A DNA stretch of 64,000 bases from a virus. Under the pieces are notes generated by a model. That model saw only the letters and a program-made list of their open reading frames with translations, made no database searches and was not told the DNA's origin. Below, piece by piece: positions 25,010 through 34,789 of this stretch. The position numbers and the translations under genes were made by a program. The first letter of the stretch is position 1; each line of letters starts with the position of its first letter. The stretch lies in the IMG/VR virus record IMGVR_UViG_3300025132_007963, positions 1 to 64,000 of that record; one strand, given 5' to 3'.

Positions 25010-26593
25010 CTAATCGGCTTCAATTATTGCGTGATCTGTTGTAATTAAAATGCCTGCAACTGATGCTGCATTTTGTAACGCGCACCTTGTAACCTTCGCA
25101 GGATCAATTATACCTAATTCAAAAAGGTCGACCAATTCACCAGAATTAAAATTGATTCCGGATTTCAAATCCGATGTACTAGACAGCTTTGCAACGATCT
25201 CTTCAAAATCATAGCCTGAATTTCTAGACATCATCCTTATGGGAGAGGCTAAAGCCTCTTTGATAATCAAAAGTCCTAACTCTTGCTCTTTGTTTTCCAG
25301 TGTATCTGGCGGTAGAGATAAGTCTTGAGATATACGAAACAGTATGGTTCCACCACCCGGGACAATGCCCTCCATCTGTGCTGACCTTACTGCCTCTAAT
25401 GCGTCTTCTATTCTGTGTTTCTTTTCAAGCATTTCAACTTGAGTAGCAGCACCAACTTTGATAATAGCAACCCCTGACGCGAGCCTTGTAATCCTCTCTT
25501 GAATAATCTCGCACTCACGTAACGATTCTGTGATCTCTATTTCATTTTTAAGTGTTCCAATTCTATCATCTAATAATACAGGATCTGCGTCTCCGCCAAC
25601 AATGGTGGTTGAATTTTTAGAAATCTCAATGCTCTTTGCGGATCCAAAGTCATTTAGCTTAACCTCCTTTACATCGTCGCCAAGTTCTCTCTTGAAGAAC
25701 CTGGAGCCAGTTGCAATAGCCAAATCGTTCATGATGTTTCTTCGTTCCTCGCCGTACCTTGGTGCTTTGATAGCCACAACCTTCATCGAGCCTCTAACTG
25801 TATTCATGATTAAGGCAGCTAACGCTTGGCCTTCAATATCATCTGCCACAATAACAAAAGGTCTACTTTCTCTAGCTGCAATTTCCAAAGCAGGTAGAAT
25901 TTGCTCTACTCTCTCTAGTTTGTTATCTGTGATGAGAAACAAAGGTCGGTCATGACGGGCAACATTTCTTCTTTGATCCGTGACAAAAGCTGCGGCTGCA
26001 TAACCAGAATCAAACCTAAATCCTTCAACAAGCTCTAGAGTTGTGTCAACCGATCTAGCCTCCTCGATGGTAATTGAGCCATCTTTACCGACTTTATCCA
26101 CTGCCATGGCAATGATATCGCCAATGCCCCCATCATTATTAGCAGATATTGAAGCAACATGAGCAACATCCTCTGCACTAGAAACTGGCCTTGCTGCGTC
26201 TTCAATACGGTTGCAAACTTCTTTAACAGTTTTATCAATGCCTCTTTTAATCTCAACTGGACTTATACCGTCTTCGATATGTTTGAGTGCTTCATTGTAG
26301 ATAGCTCTTGTAAGAACAGTAGAAGTTGTTGTGCCGTCACCAGCATCGACATTTGTCTTAGCTGATGCCTGTTTAACTAATTGTGCTCCAGCGTTCATAA
26401 CCGGATCTTTAAGATCTACAAATTTTGCAACAGTCACGCCATCTTTTGTAATGATAGGCATAGCATTCTTTTGCTGCAGGATGACATTTCGACCTCTTGG
26501 GCCAAGCGTCGATGCTACGTTATCTGCTAAGATATTTACACCCTCTGTGATTTTTTCACGCAGAGTGTCTTTGGAAGAAAAATGTTTGGACAT
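25010..26593 (-). CDS. groEL: Chaperonin GroEL (Cpn60)
   Basis: TLGPRGRNV, ITKDGVTVAK, GDGTTT, GIVPGGG, GIIDPAKV; no GGM tail. Confidence 0.97.
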   Translation of the reverse strand: MSKHFSSKDTLREKITEGVNILADNVASTLGPRGRNVILQQKNAMPIITKDGVTVAKFVDLKDPVMNAGAQLVKQASAKTNVDAGDGTTTSTVLTRAIYNEALKHIEDGISPVEIKRGIDKTVKEVCNRIEDAARPVSSAEDVAHVASISANNDGGIGDIIAMAVDKVGKDGSITIEEARSVDTTLELVEGFRFDSGYAAAAFVTDQRRNVARHDRPLFLITDNKLERVEQILPALEIAARESRPFVIVADDIEGQALAALIMNTVRGSMKVVAIKAPRYGEERRNIMNDLAIATGSRFFKRELGDDVKEVKLNDFGSAKSIEISKNSTTIVGGDADPVLLDDRIGTLKNEIEITESLRECEIIQERITRLASGVAIIKVGAATQVEMLEKKHRIEDALEAVRSAQMEGIVPGGGTILFRISQDLSLPPDTLENKEQELGLLIIKEALASPIRMMSRNSGYDFEEIVAKLSSTSDLKSGINFNSGELVDLFELGIIDPAKVTRCALQNAASVAGILITTDHAIIEAD

Positions 26594-26624
26594 TAAATAC
26601 TCACTTTCGTTTTATACATTATAT

Positions 26625-26653
26625 ATTATAAGCACAGACTTTATAAATGTCAA
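26625..26653 (-). promoter_or_regulatory. Perfect sigma70 promoter for groEL
   Basis: TTGACA-17-TATAAT. Confidence 0.85.
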
Positions 26654-26657
26654 GGAT

Positions 26658-28160
26658 TTATTTATCAATATCTATGGCTGCGTTTTCAGTTGCAGTCTTA
26701 AGTTTGTCGACATCGGCTGACGCCTTCAACATGTAGGTTTTTCTATCTTCGTCGCCACCAGTCATATAAAGACTAAGATTATCGCTGAAATTTTCCAGAG
26801 CTTGATATATAGGCGCGATTGTTGATTCTAAAAGAGTTGCATACCTCTCCCAAGATGCTTTAAGAGTTTCCTCTCCCAGTGACAGTTCTGCAATTGTCTG
26901 AAACCCTCTTATGCTCTCAGCCTGATCTCTTGTAAATTCAAACTGTTGTTTCTCCGTGTATCCTGGTGTTTTCATTAAGGAGGCAAACACCGGTTCTGAA
27001 TTACCAGTATCCTTAAAAACATTAATAGCTCTTTCTAGCTGTTGTACGATGGCATAGGATCCAAAAATAACTGAAGCTTTTGTTTGTTCAAACTTTTCTT
27101 CTGTGTATTTTATTTCAAATGGCCCATACTTTTGTAAGGTATCTGTGTCCATATTTATAAGAGAGCTTACGAACTTAGACATACTGCTTGGCGCAAGTCT
27201 GAGTTGGGCCTCATTTAATTCTTGTCCTTTTTTATCACTGAACGTGAATATATGCGCGGACGGTTGTGATGGCACTATTCCACTTAAACCTCTTTTCTTT
27301 AAAGTTTGAGGGTTGGCCGTCTTTATTAGTTTTATGGCCATGCCGGCATCAACTAATTGTTTTAGTTTTTGCTGTAGTTTAGATGCACTTTCCATATCAT
27401 CCTCTGCGAATTTTTCAGGATCTTTAATTGTTACTTGCTTAAGAAGAGGCTTAACAAATACATCCAAAAAGTTTTCCAGTGTTATCCTAAATTCTCCAAA
27501 TTCTAATGCTTCAGTTGATCCACCCTCGCCCCTCTTTCTTCTAGCATCCAAATAGACAATGTGATCTCTACTCTTAAAATGCTCTACCATGTTTTTAAAT
27601 GAACCCTTAACGCCAGTTGTCTGACCCAACAGTTTAAGAGAGTATTCTACGCCACCTAAAACAACATCGGTTATTGGTTTGCCTGCGACGTCTTTCTCCT
27701 CAGAACCTGTAATTTGTTCAGCATCAAGGCCCATTAGGCCTGCGAGAAAACCTTCGAATATAAATCCGCCTGCAGATTCAGTGAAGTCATCAAGTATCGT
27801 ACTTAAGACCTCTAAGATAACAAGAGTTGATAGGACTTCTCTCACATTGGTGAGTTGCAATTCACCACTTACCACACCCGTAAGAAACTGTAACTTTTCT
27901 GGTAATGTATCGCCAGGTATGTTTCTACTGTATCTTTCAATAATTTGTCTATCTTTTGACCCAGGGACACCCCAAGCCTCAGTAATTCTAAGTTTAGGTA
28001 TTGGTATCCTAACTTCTTGTTCAACACCCCTTGCACTTTCTTGCTCTTCTTGAATCAAAGGCAAGTCACCCAATAGATTTTCTATTAATGATATAAAGTC
28101 TTCAGCGTTACCTTTTTTCTTACCATAAATTTCAAATAACTGTTTATCTAAATCTGACAT
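26658..28160 (-). CDS. Late hypothetical protein with PD-(D/E)xK-like motif
   Basis: GFIFEGFLAG...ITDV...YSLK; ACTATTTA upstream at 28179-86. Confidence 0.7.
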   Translation of the reverse strand: MSDLDKQLFEIYGKKKGNAEDFISLIENLLGDLPLIQEEQESARGVEQEVRIPIPKLRITEAWGVPGSKDRQIIERYSRNIPGDTLPEKLQFLTGVVSGELQLTNVREVLSTLVILEVLSTILDDFTESAGGFIFEGFLAGLMGLDAEQITGSEEKDVAGKPITDVVLGGVEYSLKLLGQTTGVKGSFKNMVEHFKSRDHIVYLDARRKRGEGGSTEALEFGEFRITLENFLDVFVKPLLKQVTIKDPEKFAEDDMESASKLQQKLKQLVDAGMAIKLIKTANPQTLKKRGLSGIVPSQPSAHIFTFSDKKGQELNEAQLRLAPSSMSKFVSSLINMDTDTLQKYGPFEIKYTEEKFEQTKASVIFGSYAIVQQLERAINVFKDTGNSEPVFASLMKTPGYTEKQQFEFTRDQAESIRGFQTIAELSLGEETLKASWERYATLLESTIAPIYQALENFSDNLSLYMTGGDEDRKTYMLKASADVDKLKTATENAAIDIDK

Positions 28161-28187
28161 TACTAACACCTCTCCTAGTAAATAGTT

Positions 28188-28835
28188 TTAAACTATCTCA
28201 TCAGCAATGCCAAATTTAACAGCCTCTTCTGCTGATAAATAAACATCCACTTGTTTTCTTAACATCTTTTTTATTTGCTTTTGAGACATTGCAGTCTCAT
28301 TTGCTAGGCACTTGACATATCTATCTTGAACCCATCGTATCTCAGCTATTTCGTTTTCCATGTTTGTTAGCGAACCATGATACCCACCGATGACACTATG
28401 TATCATAACCCTACAATTTGCACCAATCTTTCTTTTACCCTTGGTACCAGCTGCCAATAGTGGTACACCTGCAGACATGACCTTCCCTAGCGCTATAGTT
28501 TCTATATCGCAATTTTCTCTAACAACTCTCATGGTGTCGTAAATGCTGAACATATCAGCTGCAGATCCACCATGAGATGATATAACCATCTTTATCGGTT
28601 TAGTAATTTCTATTAATTCACTCTCTGGGTCTTCTGGGTTTTTATATTCTAGACCCTTTGCTGTATCTGAAAAATACATCAGAAGACTGACAATATCTGA
28701 ACTTATCTTTTCTTCGATATCCCCATACAAGGATATCCTTCTAAAGTCATCATCTTTACGGCCAGAATCAATATTGTTTATTATAACAATTCTATCATCC
28801 TTTTCTTCTTCTTGTTTATTATTTTCTTCTTCCAT
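28188..28835 (-). CDS. clpP: ClpP-family serine protease (S14)
   Basis: ISSHGGS, GKVMSAG (Ser), MIHS (His), YLSAEEAVKFGIADEI. Confidence 0.9.
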   Translation of the reverse strand: MEEENNKQEEEKDDRIVIINNIDSGRKDDDFRRISLYGDIEEKISSDIVSLLMYFSDTAKGLEYKNPEDPESELIEITKPIKMVISSHGGSAADMFSIYDTMRVVRENCDIETIALGKVMSAGVPLLAAGTKGKRKIGANCRVMIHSVIGGYHGSLTNMENEIAEIRWVQDRYVKCLANETAMSQKQIKKMLRKQVDVYLSAEEAVKFGIADEIV

Positions 28836-29103
28836 TAATTACCTTTTTTTTTCCGTTTCTAGCCAACTCACAGACTTCAAACGATAGAGTTTTTGCAAAT
28901 TTTAACCATGAGCTTTTACTTTCAAACTTCTTTTTAAGTAAAATAATTGTCTTTCCACTATTTGGATCATACCCTGCACCGGAATGGGACCAATCTTTTG
29001 CTTCTTTTGTTAACTTATTGATCTCGGATTTACCTTTTGCTTTAGCTTGCATGGTATAAATACCAGTTTCTTTATCACACCACGCAACAACTTCTATAGT
29101 CAT
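28819..29103 (-). CDS. Hypothetical basic protein
   Basis: 94-aa ORF. Confidence 0.6.
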   Translation of the reverse strand: MTIEVVAWCDKETGIYTMQAKAKGKSEINKLTKEAKDWSHSGAGYDPNSGKTIILLKKKFESKSSWLKFAKTLSFEVCELARNGKKKVINGRRK

Positions 29104-29492
29104 TTACCTTTTCCTCCTTTGGATTTTTTCAGCTTTAGTTGTGCTATCCTCTGCCTAGCCTGGTACCAGTTAGTATAAGAAAAAAACCTATGATAACGCT
29201 TTGGCAAAGAAAACAGCATTTTAATAACTATGACATTACGCCATTCTGATAATGCTCTTCTGTCATTTTTTATTATTTTTTCGACTTCATCTTTAAAGCC
29301 TTCCGCGCCTAGTAAATTTAACCTTTTGATCTCAATAGCCTTTTCAATATCATTGTTAATTGCATCTAACAATAAAAGGATTGAATCAGTAGTTTCATCA
29401 AAAAGTCTTTTTGAATGACCTAAAGCTAATAGGTAAGAGAAAATTCCGTAGGCCATGGCCCCGGAGAAAAACCACAATGCATTTTCAAACAT
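29100..29492 (-). CDS. Membrane-anchored hypothetical protein
   Basis: N-terminal TM helix; promoter TTGACT-17-TAGAAT at 29499-29527. Confidence 0.6.
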   Translation of the reverse strand: MFENALWFFSGAMAYGIFSYLLALGHSKRLFDETTDSILLLLDAINNDIEKAIEIKRLNLLGAEGFKDEVEKIIKNDRRALSEWRNVIVIKMLFSLPKRYHRFFSYTNWYQARQRIAQLKLKKSKGGKGK

Positions 29493-29535
29493 AATACAAT
29501 TCTAAAATAGATTGACTAAAAAGTCAAGAGATATT

Positions 29536-30210
29536 TTACTTCTCTGATTTTTTAGCCATAGCTTCACGAACAAGTCTCTTGGTAACCTTTGCAGCGATAG
29601 CCTCAACGATTTCATCGATCTGCTCTTCTTCAAGATCAACTTCCATCATATCTTCTTCCTCTGGCTCTTCAGCGTCCATTGGATCACCTGGCTCATCGCC
29701 CATAAGATCATCTGCAGGACCATCATCATCAGGACCGCTGGCATCTAGAATAGTTTGAAGGACTTCTACTGCCTTTCTGAGTGCGTCGACCTCAGAATCA
29801 GAGACGGTAACTTCTGCTTCGGCGCCGGCATCATCGTCCATGTCCATGCCCATGTCATCCATAGGCTCATCATCCATAGGCTCATCATCCATAGGCTCAT
29901 CATCGCGAGCGGCATCATGCGTGCCTTCTTCGACTTCATCATCTCGACCGCCTTTGTACATGCCCTCTTCAACCTCGTCATCGCGAGCGGGTTTATGCAT
30001 GCCCTCTTCAACCTCTTCGTCCTTTTTAGCGTACATGCCTTCATCAACATCTTCTTTGTCAGCGTGCTCGCCCTCTTTCATTTCTTTAGGGTCTTCTTCC
30101 TCTTCAATCTGATGAGGAAACATTTCATTTATGGCTCCGATGTTGGCAAGAGCCTGAAATCTACGTATGGTAGCTTCCTTCAAAAGCTTCTTTTTATCTT
30201 TGTTCTGCAT
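29536..30210 (-). CDS. Highly acidic repeat protein (scaffold-like late protein)
   Basis: LLKEATIRRFQALANI N-terminus; about five EEG(M/T)(H/Y) repeats; (DDEPM)x3; ACTATTTA at 30267-74. Confidence 0.7.
   Translation of the reverse strand: MQNKDKKKLLKEATIRRFQALANIGAINEMFPHQIEEEEDPKEMKEGEHADKEDVDEGMYAKKDEEVEEGMHKPARDDEVEEGMYKGGRDDEVEEGTHDAARDDEPMDDEPMDDEPMDDMGMDMDDDAGAEAEVTVSDSEVDALRKAVEVLQTILDASGPDDDGPADDLMGDEPGDPMDAEEPEEEDMMEVDLEEEQIDEIVEAIAAKVTKRLVREAMAKKSEK
29866..29905. repeat. 15-bp tandem repeat (encodes DDEPM x3)
   Basis: TCATCATCCATAGGC units repeated. Confidence 0.7.
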
Positions 30211-30293
30211 TGTGGTTCTCCTAGCTTAGAATAATAGATATATGTGTAGTATTAATCCTACAGTAATAAATAGTACCTATTTTTCTTTAAAGT

Positions 30294-30533
30294 TTAAAAT
30301 AATTTTGATATTTTCTTTAACGCTGCTTGTTCGATCTGCCTAATCCTTACAAAGCTTAAGTCTAGTCTTTTGGCAACTTCGTGCAGTGTTAAAGGCAAGT
30401 CATCATTTTTCTCTATAGATATTAGACAACAGTTGTAGTCTTCTTCGTAATCAATCCATTTTCTACAGCTTGTTTTACAGCACATAGTTCGCTTCTTTAT
30501 ACATGTTTTTGAACACTCTGGCAAGTAACTCAT
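30294..30533 (-). CDS. sigma70 region-4-like HTH mini-protein with Cys-rich N-terminus
   Basis: LTLHEVAKRLDLSFVRIRQIEQAALKKI matches the region 4.2 pattern. Confidence 0.75.
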   Translation of the reverse strand: MSYLPECSKTCIKKRTMCCKTSCRKWIDYEEDYNCCLISIEKNDDLPLTLHEVAKRLDLSFVRIRQIEQAALKKISKLF

Positions 30534-30871
30534 TAATCTTTATATTCCTTTGCAATTATATCAAATATGTTTTCTCTTTCCTCATCCGTAAAGGCAAAGG
30601 ATTTTTTAATCTCTTCGCCTTTGTCAATTAATTTCTTTGAATCTTTAATTCTTGTTTTACCTTGCTTTGCAATTTCAAATTTTAAATCAGTTATAAATTC
30701 AATAATTCTCATATCGCCCGCAATATAACCAGAAACTAGACCCTGAAAGAACTGAGACTGTGTTAGTCCATCATGTCTCAGTCTTATTCTTAGATCAGCA
30801 TGACGCTTATCAGTATCATGAAATACAATTTTCTTTCCCTCAGATCCATAATCATATGTTTTATCTGACAT
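30533..30871 (-). CDS. Putative ribbon-helix-helix DNA-binding protein (start MSDKTYD)
   Basis: KIVFHDT strand followed by helix-turn-helix-like segment. Confidence 0.45.
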   Translation of the reverse strand: MSDKTYDYGSEGKKIVFHDTDKRHADLRIRLRHDGLTQSQFFQGLVSGYIAGDMRIIEFITDLKFEIAKQGKTRIKDSKKLIDKGEEIKKSFAFTDEERENIFDIIAKEYKD

Positions 30872-31880
30872 TAAGAATGTGTGTCCTGCTTTCAGTCTGG
30901 CCTGCACCAGTTTGTACAATAAAATTAGCTTTACTTCGCAATTCACTTATATTTTTAGCGCCACTATAGGATAAGCCACTACGGATATTCTGCGCTAATT
31001 CCGTCAATATATCGTCTACAGATCCCTTGTATGGTATGGTGGTAGAGATGCCCTCTAGAGAGCTTGTACTGCCCCTCCAGGCGGTCTGTGCCTCTTTACT
31101 AGCCATACCCCTATAGACCTTATACTTCTTGCTGTCAGAGGCCTCAAATACCTGTCCTGGTGCTTCATCTGTGCCGGCCAACATAGAGCCTAGCATCACA
31201 AAGTCTGCGCCTGCTGCTAGTGATTTAACAACATCTCCAGCACTTTTGATACCACCATCTGCAATAATAGGTGTATCGATATCAACATGACTACACGCCA
31301 ATACAGATTGAAACGTCGGGACGCCATGGCCAGTCTGAATACGTGTTGAACAAATAGAACCGCCACCTATACCAACTCTTACAGCATCTGCGCCCCATTG
31401 AGATAAATCATAGTATCCTTCTGGCGTCGCGACGTTACCGGCGATGATGCATATATCACCAAACCTATCTTTAAGTGATTTAAGAGCCCTTTCCATTAAG
31501 GAATGGTGACCATGGGCTATGTCAACACAAACCACAGACACCCCAGCTGATATGCTTTCCGATGCTCTTTCGATATAATCTCCGGACACTCCCACTGCTA
31601 CGCCAATTTTACGTGACCCATCTGTTAGCAATGCCTCATTTACTTTCATTACCTGCTGATGAATAGTATTGTAGCGATGGATAATACCCAAACCACCATG
31701 TTCTGACATGGACTTTGCCATGGACGCCTCTGTTACTGTATCCATTGGGCTGGAGACAATCGGTAATTTAAAATTTATATCTTTGATATTATTACCAATA
31801 TCAATCTCGGTCCTAGATTCAATATCGCTTTTCAGCGGAGACAACAGTACATCATCAAAACTATAGCATTGCTTAAACAT
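30861..31880 (-). CDS. guaB: IMP dehydrogenase / GMP reductase family (CBS-less)
   Basis: [48 protein letters not shown]. Confidence 0.9.
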   Translation of the reverse strand: MFKQCYSFDDVLLSPLKSDIESRTEIDIGNNIKDINFKLPIVSSPMDTVTEASMAKSMSEHGGLGIIHRYNTIHQQVMKVNEALLTDGSRKIGVAVGVSGDYIERASESISAGVSVVCVDIAHGHHSLMERALKSLKDRFGDICIIAGNVATPEGYYDLSQWGADAVRVGIGGGSICSTRIQTGHGVPTFQSVLACSHVDIDTPIIADGGIKSAGDVVKSLAAGADFVMLGSMLAGTDEAPGQVFEASDSKKYKVYRGMASKEAQTAWRGSTSSLEGISTTIPYKGSVDDILTELAQNIRSGLSYSGAKNISELRSKANFIVQTGAGQTESRTHILNVR

Positions 31881-32133
31881 TTGTATCCTCCATTTCCTTA
31901 ATAAGATTGACTGCTTTACCCCAGCAGTCTGGGCAGTAAAGGCGAACTATACCTTCTTTTTTACGGACTACAACATTCCATGTAGTCACCATCTCTTTGT
32001 CTTTCTTGTCGAAAGGCTTCACACACGCACTGCACTCTACTGGAAGTCTATCAAACATAGACATCTTTTCTTGTAGTTCTTTTTCTGCAGCTTTTTGCTT
32101 TTTTCTACGAAGTTTTCTACCAGCAGATGACAC
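31873..32133 (-). CDS. Zn-ribbon hypothetical protein
   Basis: CSAC...CPDC. Confidence 0.65.
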   Translation of the reverse strand: MSSAGRKLRRKKQKAAEKELQEKMSMFDRLPVECSACVKPFDKKDKEMVTTWNVVVRKKEGIVRLYCPDCWGKAVNLIKEMEDTNV

Positions 32134-32603
32134 TAAAAGTCCCCCGTGCTTCCGAACCCGCCGGTGCCTCTCTGTGTATTCTCGCCATACACATTGTCCT
32201 CATGGATCTCCTCAACCTCGCAGGCATTGATTGGCACCAAAACAGCCTGGGCCAGCTTTTGACCTGGCTCAATAACTGCAATGTCTTCACCAATATTATT
32301 TAAATTTACGAAGACCTCTCCGTCATAGCCGCTGTCAACTACGCAAGCACCGACAACCAGTCGCTTCTTTGTTGCAACACCAGACTTATTTTTGATTTCA
32401 AGCATAAAGCCAGGAGGCACACCTACCTTTAGCCCTGTTGGAATAAGGGCACCATGATGTGGGCCAATCCTAATTTGCTCGCAACCATCAAATGACTTAC
32501 TGCGCTCGTTTGGACAATAAAACAAGTCCATACCAGCATCAGTTGGATACGCCCTCACTGGAAGCTTCGCTCCCTCTCTCATTTTAAACACCTTTAGTCT
32601 CAT
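32133..32603 (-). CDS. dut: Trimeric dUTPase
   Basis: AGMDL, KSG, VDSGYDGE, AQ, RGTGGFGSTG. Confidence 0.95.
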   Translation of the reverse strand: MRLKVFKMREGAKLPVRAYPTDAGMDLFYCPNERSKSFDGCEQIRIGPHHGALIPTGLKVGVPPGFMLEIKNKSGVATKKRLVVGACVVDSGYDGEVFVNLNNIGEDIAVIEPGQKLAQAVLVPINACEVEEIHEDNVYGENTQRGTGGFGSTGDF

Positions 32604-32956
32604 TATTTTCCCCTTTTTAATTTTTTTAGTTTGTCAAAATCTAAGCCCATTACTCTCATAAGTTCTTGATATCGAGTTTTAAATTTTAAACCATGTGGGT
32701 GATTCTTTATTAAACTCGTATCAGTTTGTGGACTAAGAGCCCATTTTATTTGCTGAATCACTGCTTTTAACTTATCGTCGATAAACGATGATGGTAGATT
32801 ACGATGTGCAATGTAAGGCAAAAGGAAACACCTAGCTATGGTTTCATACTCTTTCTGTCTAAGATTGTAATGGTTTATATTATTAGTCTTATAAAAGTAA
32901 GTTATCTCTTGTGCCAGGGATTGTCTTTCTACAAAATTCCATTGTATCCTTTTCAC
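32603..32956 (-). CDS. Hypothetical protein
   Basis: 117-aa ORF. Confidence 0.55.
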   Translation of the reverse strand: MKRIQWNFVERQSLAQEITYFYKTNNINHYNLRQKEYETIARCFLLPYIAHRNLPSSFIDDKLKAVIQQIKWALSPQTDTSLIKNHPHGLKFKTRYQELMRVMGLDFDKLKKLKRGK

Positions 32957-32964
32957 GTTTCTCC

Positions 32965-34053
32965 TTAATAGTTATTAGTTGCAACAAAGTGATTTGCATT
33001 TGAATCTTTATGTGTCATTCTATCTCTATACTGAATAGAATACCGATAATTATAATCTGCCACAATATAATCATCATACAGTTCTTCAGTCAACTCATCT
33101 CTATTGATGATGATCATTACTTTGGATTTAGTGTTCCGGAACCATTCAGCTAACTCTCGATGGTCCTGTTCGCGGAACTGGCCAGCTGGGTGGTAATCTG
33201 TGAACTGCCTAGTATATGGTGGATCGAGAAAAACAAAATCGTCTTTTGTTGCATTTTGTACACTGTACTTCCAATCACCATGTGTAATAATGCTATTATT
33301 TAATATGGCCTGGATGTCAGAAACAGACTGATCAATACCCTTGAAAGATTTATACCAACCATAAGGCACATTAAACTTGCCTTCATTAGAAAATCTAAGC
33401 ATACCAGAAAAGGATAGTTGTCTCATTAAATAAAAACTGACTGCCTTGTCAAAGTCGCTGGTAAAGTCCGTATCTCTATAGTAATAGAAGTATCTATCTG
33501 CGATATCGTTTATCTCTTTATTAACTTGATCCTTTAAGTCTTTTACAATGATTTTTTGATCATTAATCTCGTTACACCTCGAAGACAGCTTAGATATAGC
33601 ATCGTTCAAAGTATCTTCTTTGCAACTTGCAATCAGTGTTTCTTCGCTATCCTTTTTAATACCCTGCAAAATCTTTAGTGCAGCCTTAACGGTCGAATGA
33701 TTAGAGGAGTGAAGCTTAGACAACTTTAACTGCTGCTTAGTTAGTCGCTGTTCCGCTTTAGCATCTCTTTTGACACTTGCCATCTCTTTGTTATAGTTTG
33801 CACTCAGTCTATTAATTTCTTTAACAAGTCTAATGGTATCGTTCTTCATCACATGATAGAAGCTAATGACATCCTCATAATTATCATTAACTACATTGGT
33901 GTGATGAGCCAAATGTAACCATATAGCGCCGGCACCAACAAAAGGTTCATAGAAAGTATTAAAACTCTTTGGCTTTAGTTTTTCAACTGTTGGTATTTCT
34001 TTTCTTTTGCCACCACTATACTTAAAGAAGGGCTTTAAAGGTTTAATACTCAC
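32965..34053 (-). CDS. D12/Dam-family N6-adenine DNA methyltransferase with coiled-coil insertion
   Basis: KYSGGK, EPFVGAG, RFSNEGKFNVPYG, FLDPPY. Confidence 0.9.
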   Translation of the reverse strand: MSIKPLKPFFKYSGGKRKEIPTVEKLKPKSFNTFYEPFVGAGAIWLHLAHHTNVVNDNYEDVISFYHVMKNDTIRLVKEINRLSANYNKEMASVKRDAKAEQRLTKQQLKLSKLHSSNHSTVKAALKILQGIKKDSEETLIASCKEDTLNDAISKLSSRCNEINDQKIIVKDLKDQVNKEINDIADRYFYYYRDTDFTSDFDKAVSFYLMRQLSFSGMLRFSNEGKFNVPYGWYKSFKGIDQSVSDIQAILNNSIITHGDWKYSVQNATKDDFVFLDPPYTRQFTDYHPAGQFREQDHRELAEWFRNTKSKVMIIINRDELTEELYDDYIVADYNYRYSIQYRDRMTHKDSNANHFVATNNY

Positions 34054-34667
34054 TAATTGTTCTCCATTAATTTTTTCCCAAAGCGTAGAAATATATCATA
34101 ATATTCTTTTCTCTCTATGTCAACACCTAAAAGATCAAAAAGGTCTCTTGGGAACATAACATTTACTTTAGAGTTTTTTGCAACCTGTAGTTTACTTTTA
34201 TGCGGGCAATCTTCTTCATCATAAACAGCCCAGTTAAATAAGCTAGCCTCAACTTGATAATCTGGATATTGACTCTTGCACCACTTTTCAATATGATTAA
34301 TTTTATTTAATGTTGCTGGTAATTTCTCGGTATCTAGATCGATATTTCCTTTTAGTTCAGAATAGTATATCTTCTTTTTAATGTCACTCTTGAAGAGAAA
34401 ATCAACATCCTTCTTCTTGCCTCCCTTTCCAATGCCGGCAATAAGACCACTGGGCATATTGCTAAAACCACTGGCACGGTCGACAAACAACATGAAAAAC
34501 TTTTCAGCAAATCTTCCCATTTTAATACACGTTGATTGCTTTGAGGGTTGGTTTCTCCATAACAACCACTTAACACTTCCAATTGATGTTTGTGTCACTC
34601 CATTGGCAACCATACTTTCTAACAAATTGTTTGCTTCCTGTTCAATGCTGCTGTCATATTGAATCAT
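34053..34667 (-). CDS. PD-(D/E)xK nuclease, putative type II restriction endonuclease
   Basis: G...E, KDVDFLF, YSELK motifs; coupled to the MTase. Confidence 0.6.
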   Translation of the reverse strand: MIQYDSSIEQEANNLLESMVANGVTQTSIGSVKWLLWRNQPSKQSTCIKMGRFAEKFFMLFVDRASGFSNMPSGLIAGIGKGGKKKDVDFLFKSDIKKKIYYSELKGNIDLDTEKLPATLNKINHIEKWCKSQYPDYQVEASLFNWAVYDEEDCPHKSKLQVAKNSKVNVMFPRDLFDLLGVDIERKEYYDIFLRFGKKLMENN

Positions 34668-34692
34668 TTTTTTCCTTTCTTTTTATGTTCTT

Positions 34693-34735
34693 AATATAAC
34701 AAAGCGGGAATGCTTTGTCAAGACATTCCCGCTTT
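34693..34735 (-). terminator. 12-bp hairpin after dnaE overlapping the next promoter
   Basis: AAAGCGGGAATG/CATTCCCGCTTT stem; TTGACA in the loop; TATATT 17 bp downstream. Confidence 0.7.
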
Positions 34736-34789
34736 AAAAATCAAAATAAAATTGCTTTTGCGATTTGTAAAGCTTTTTTTGAACTTTTT

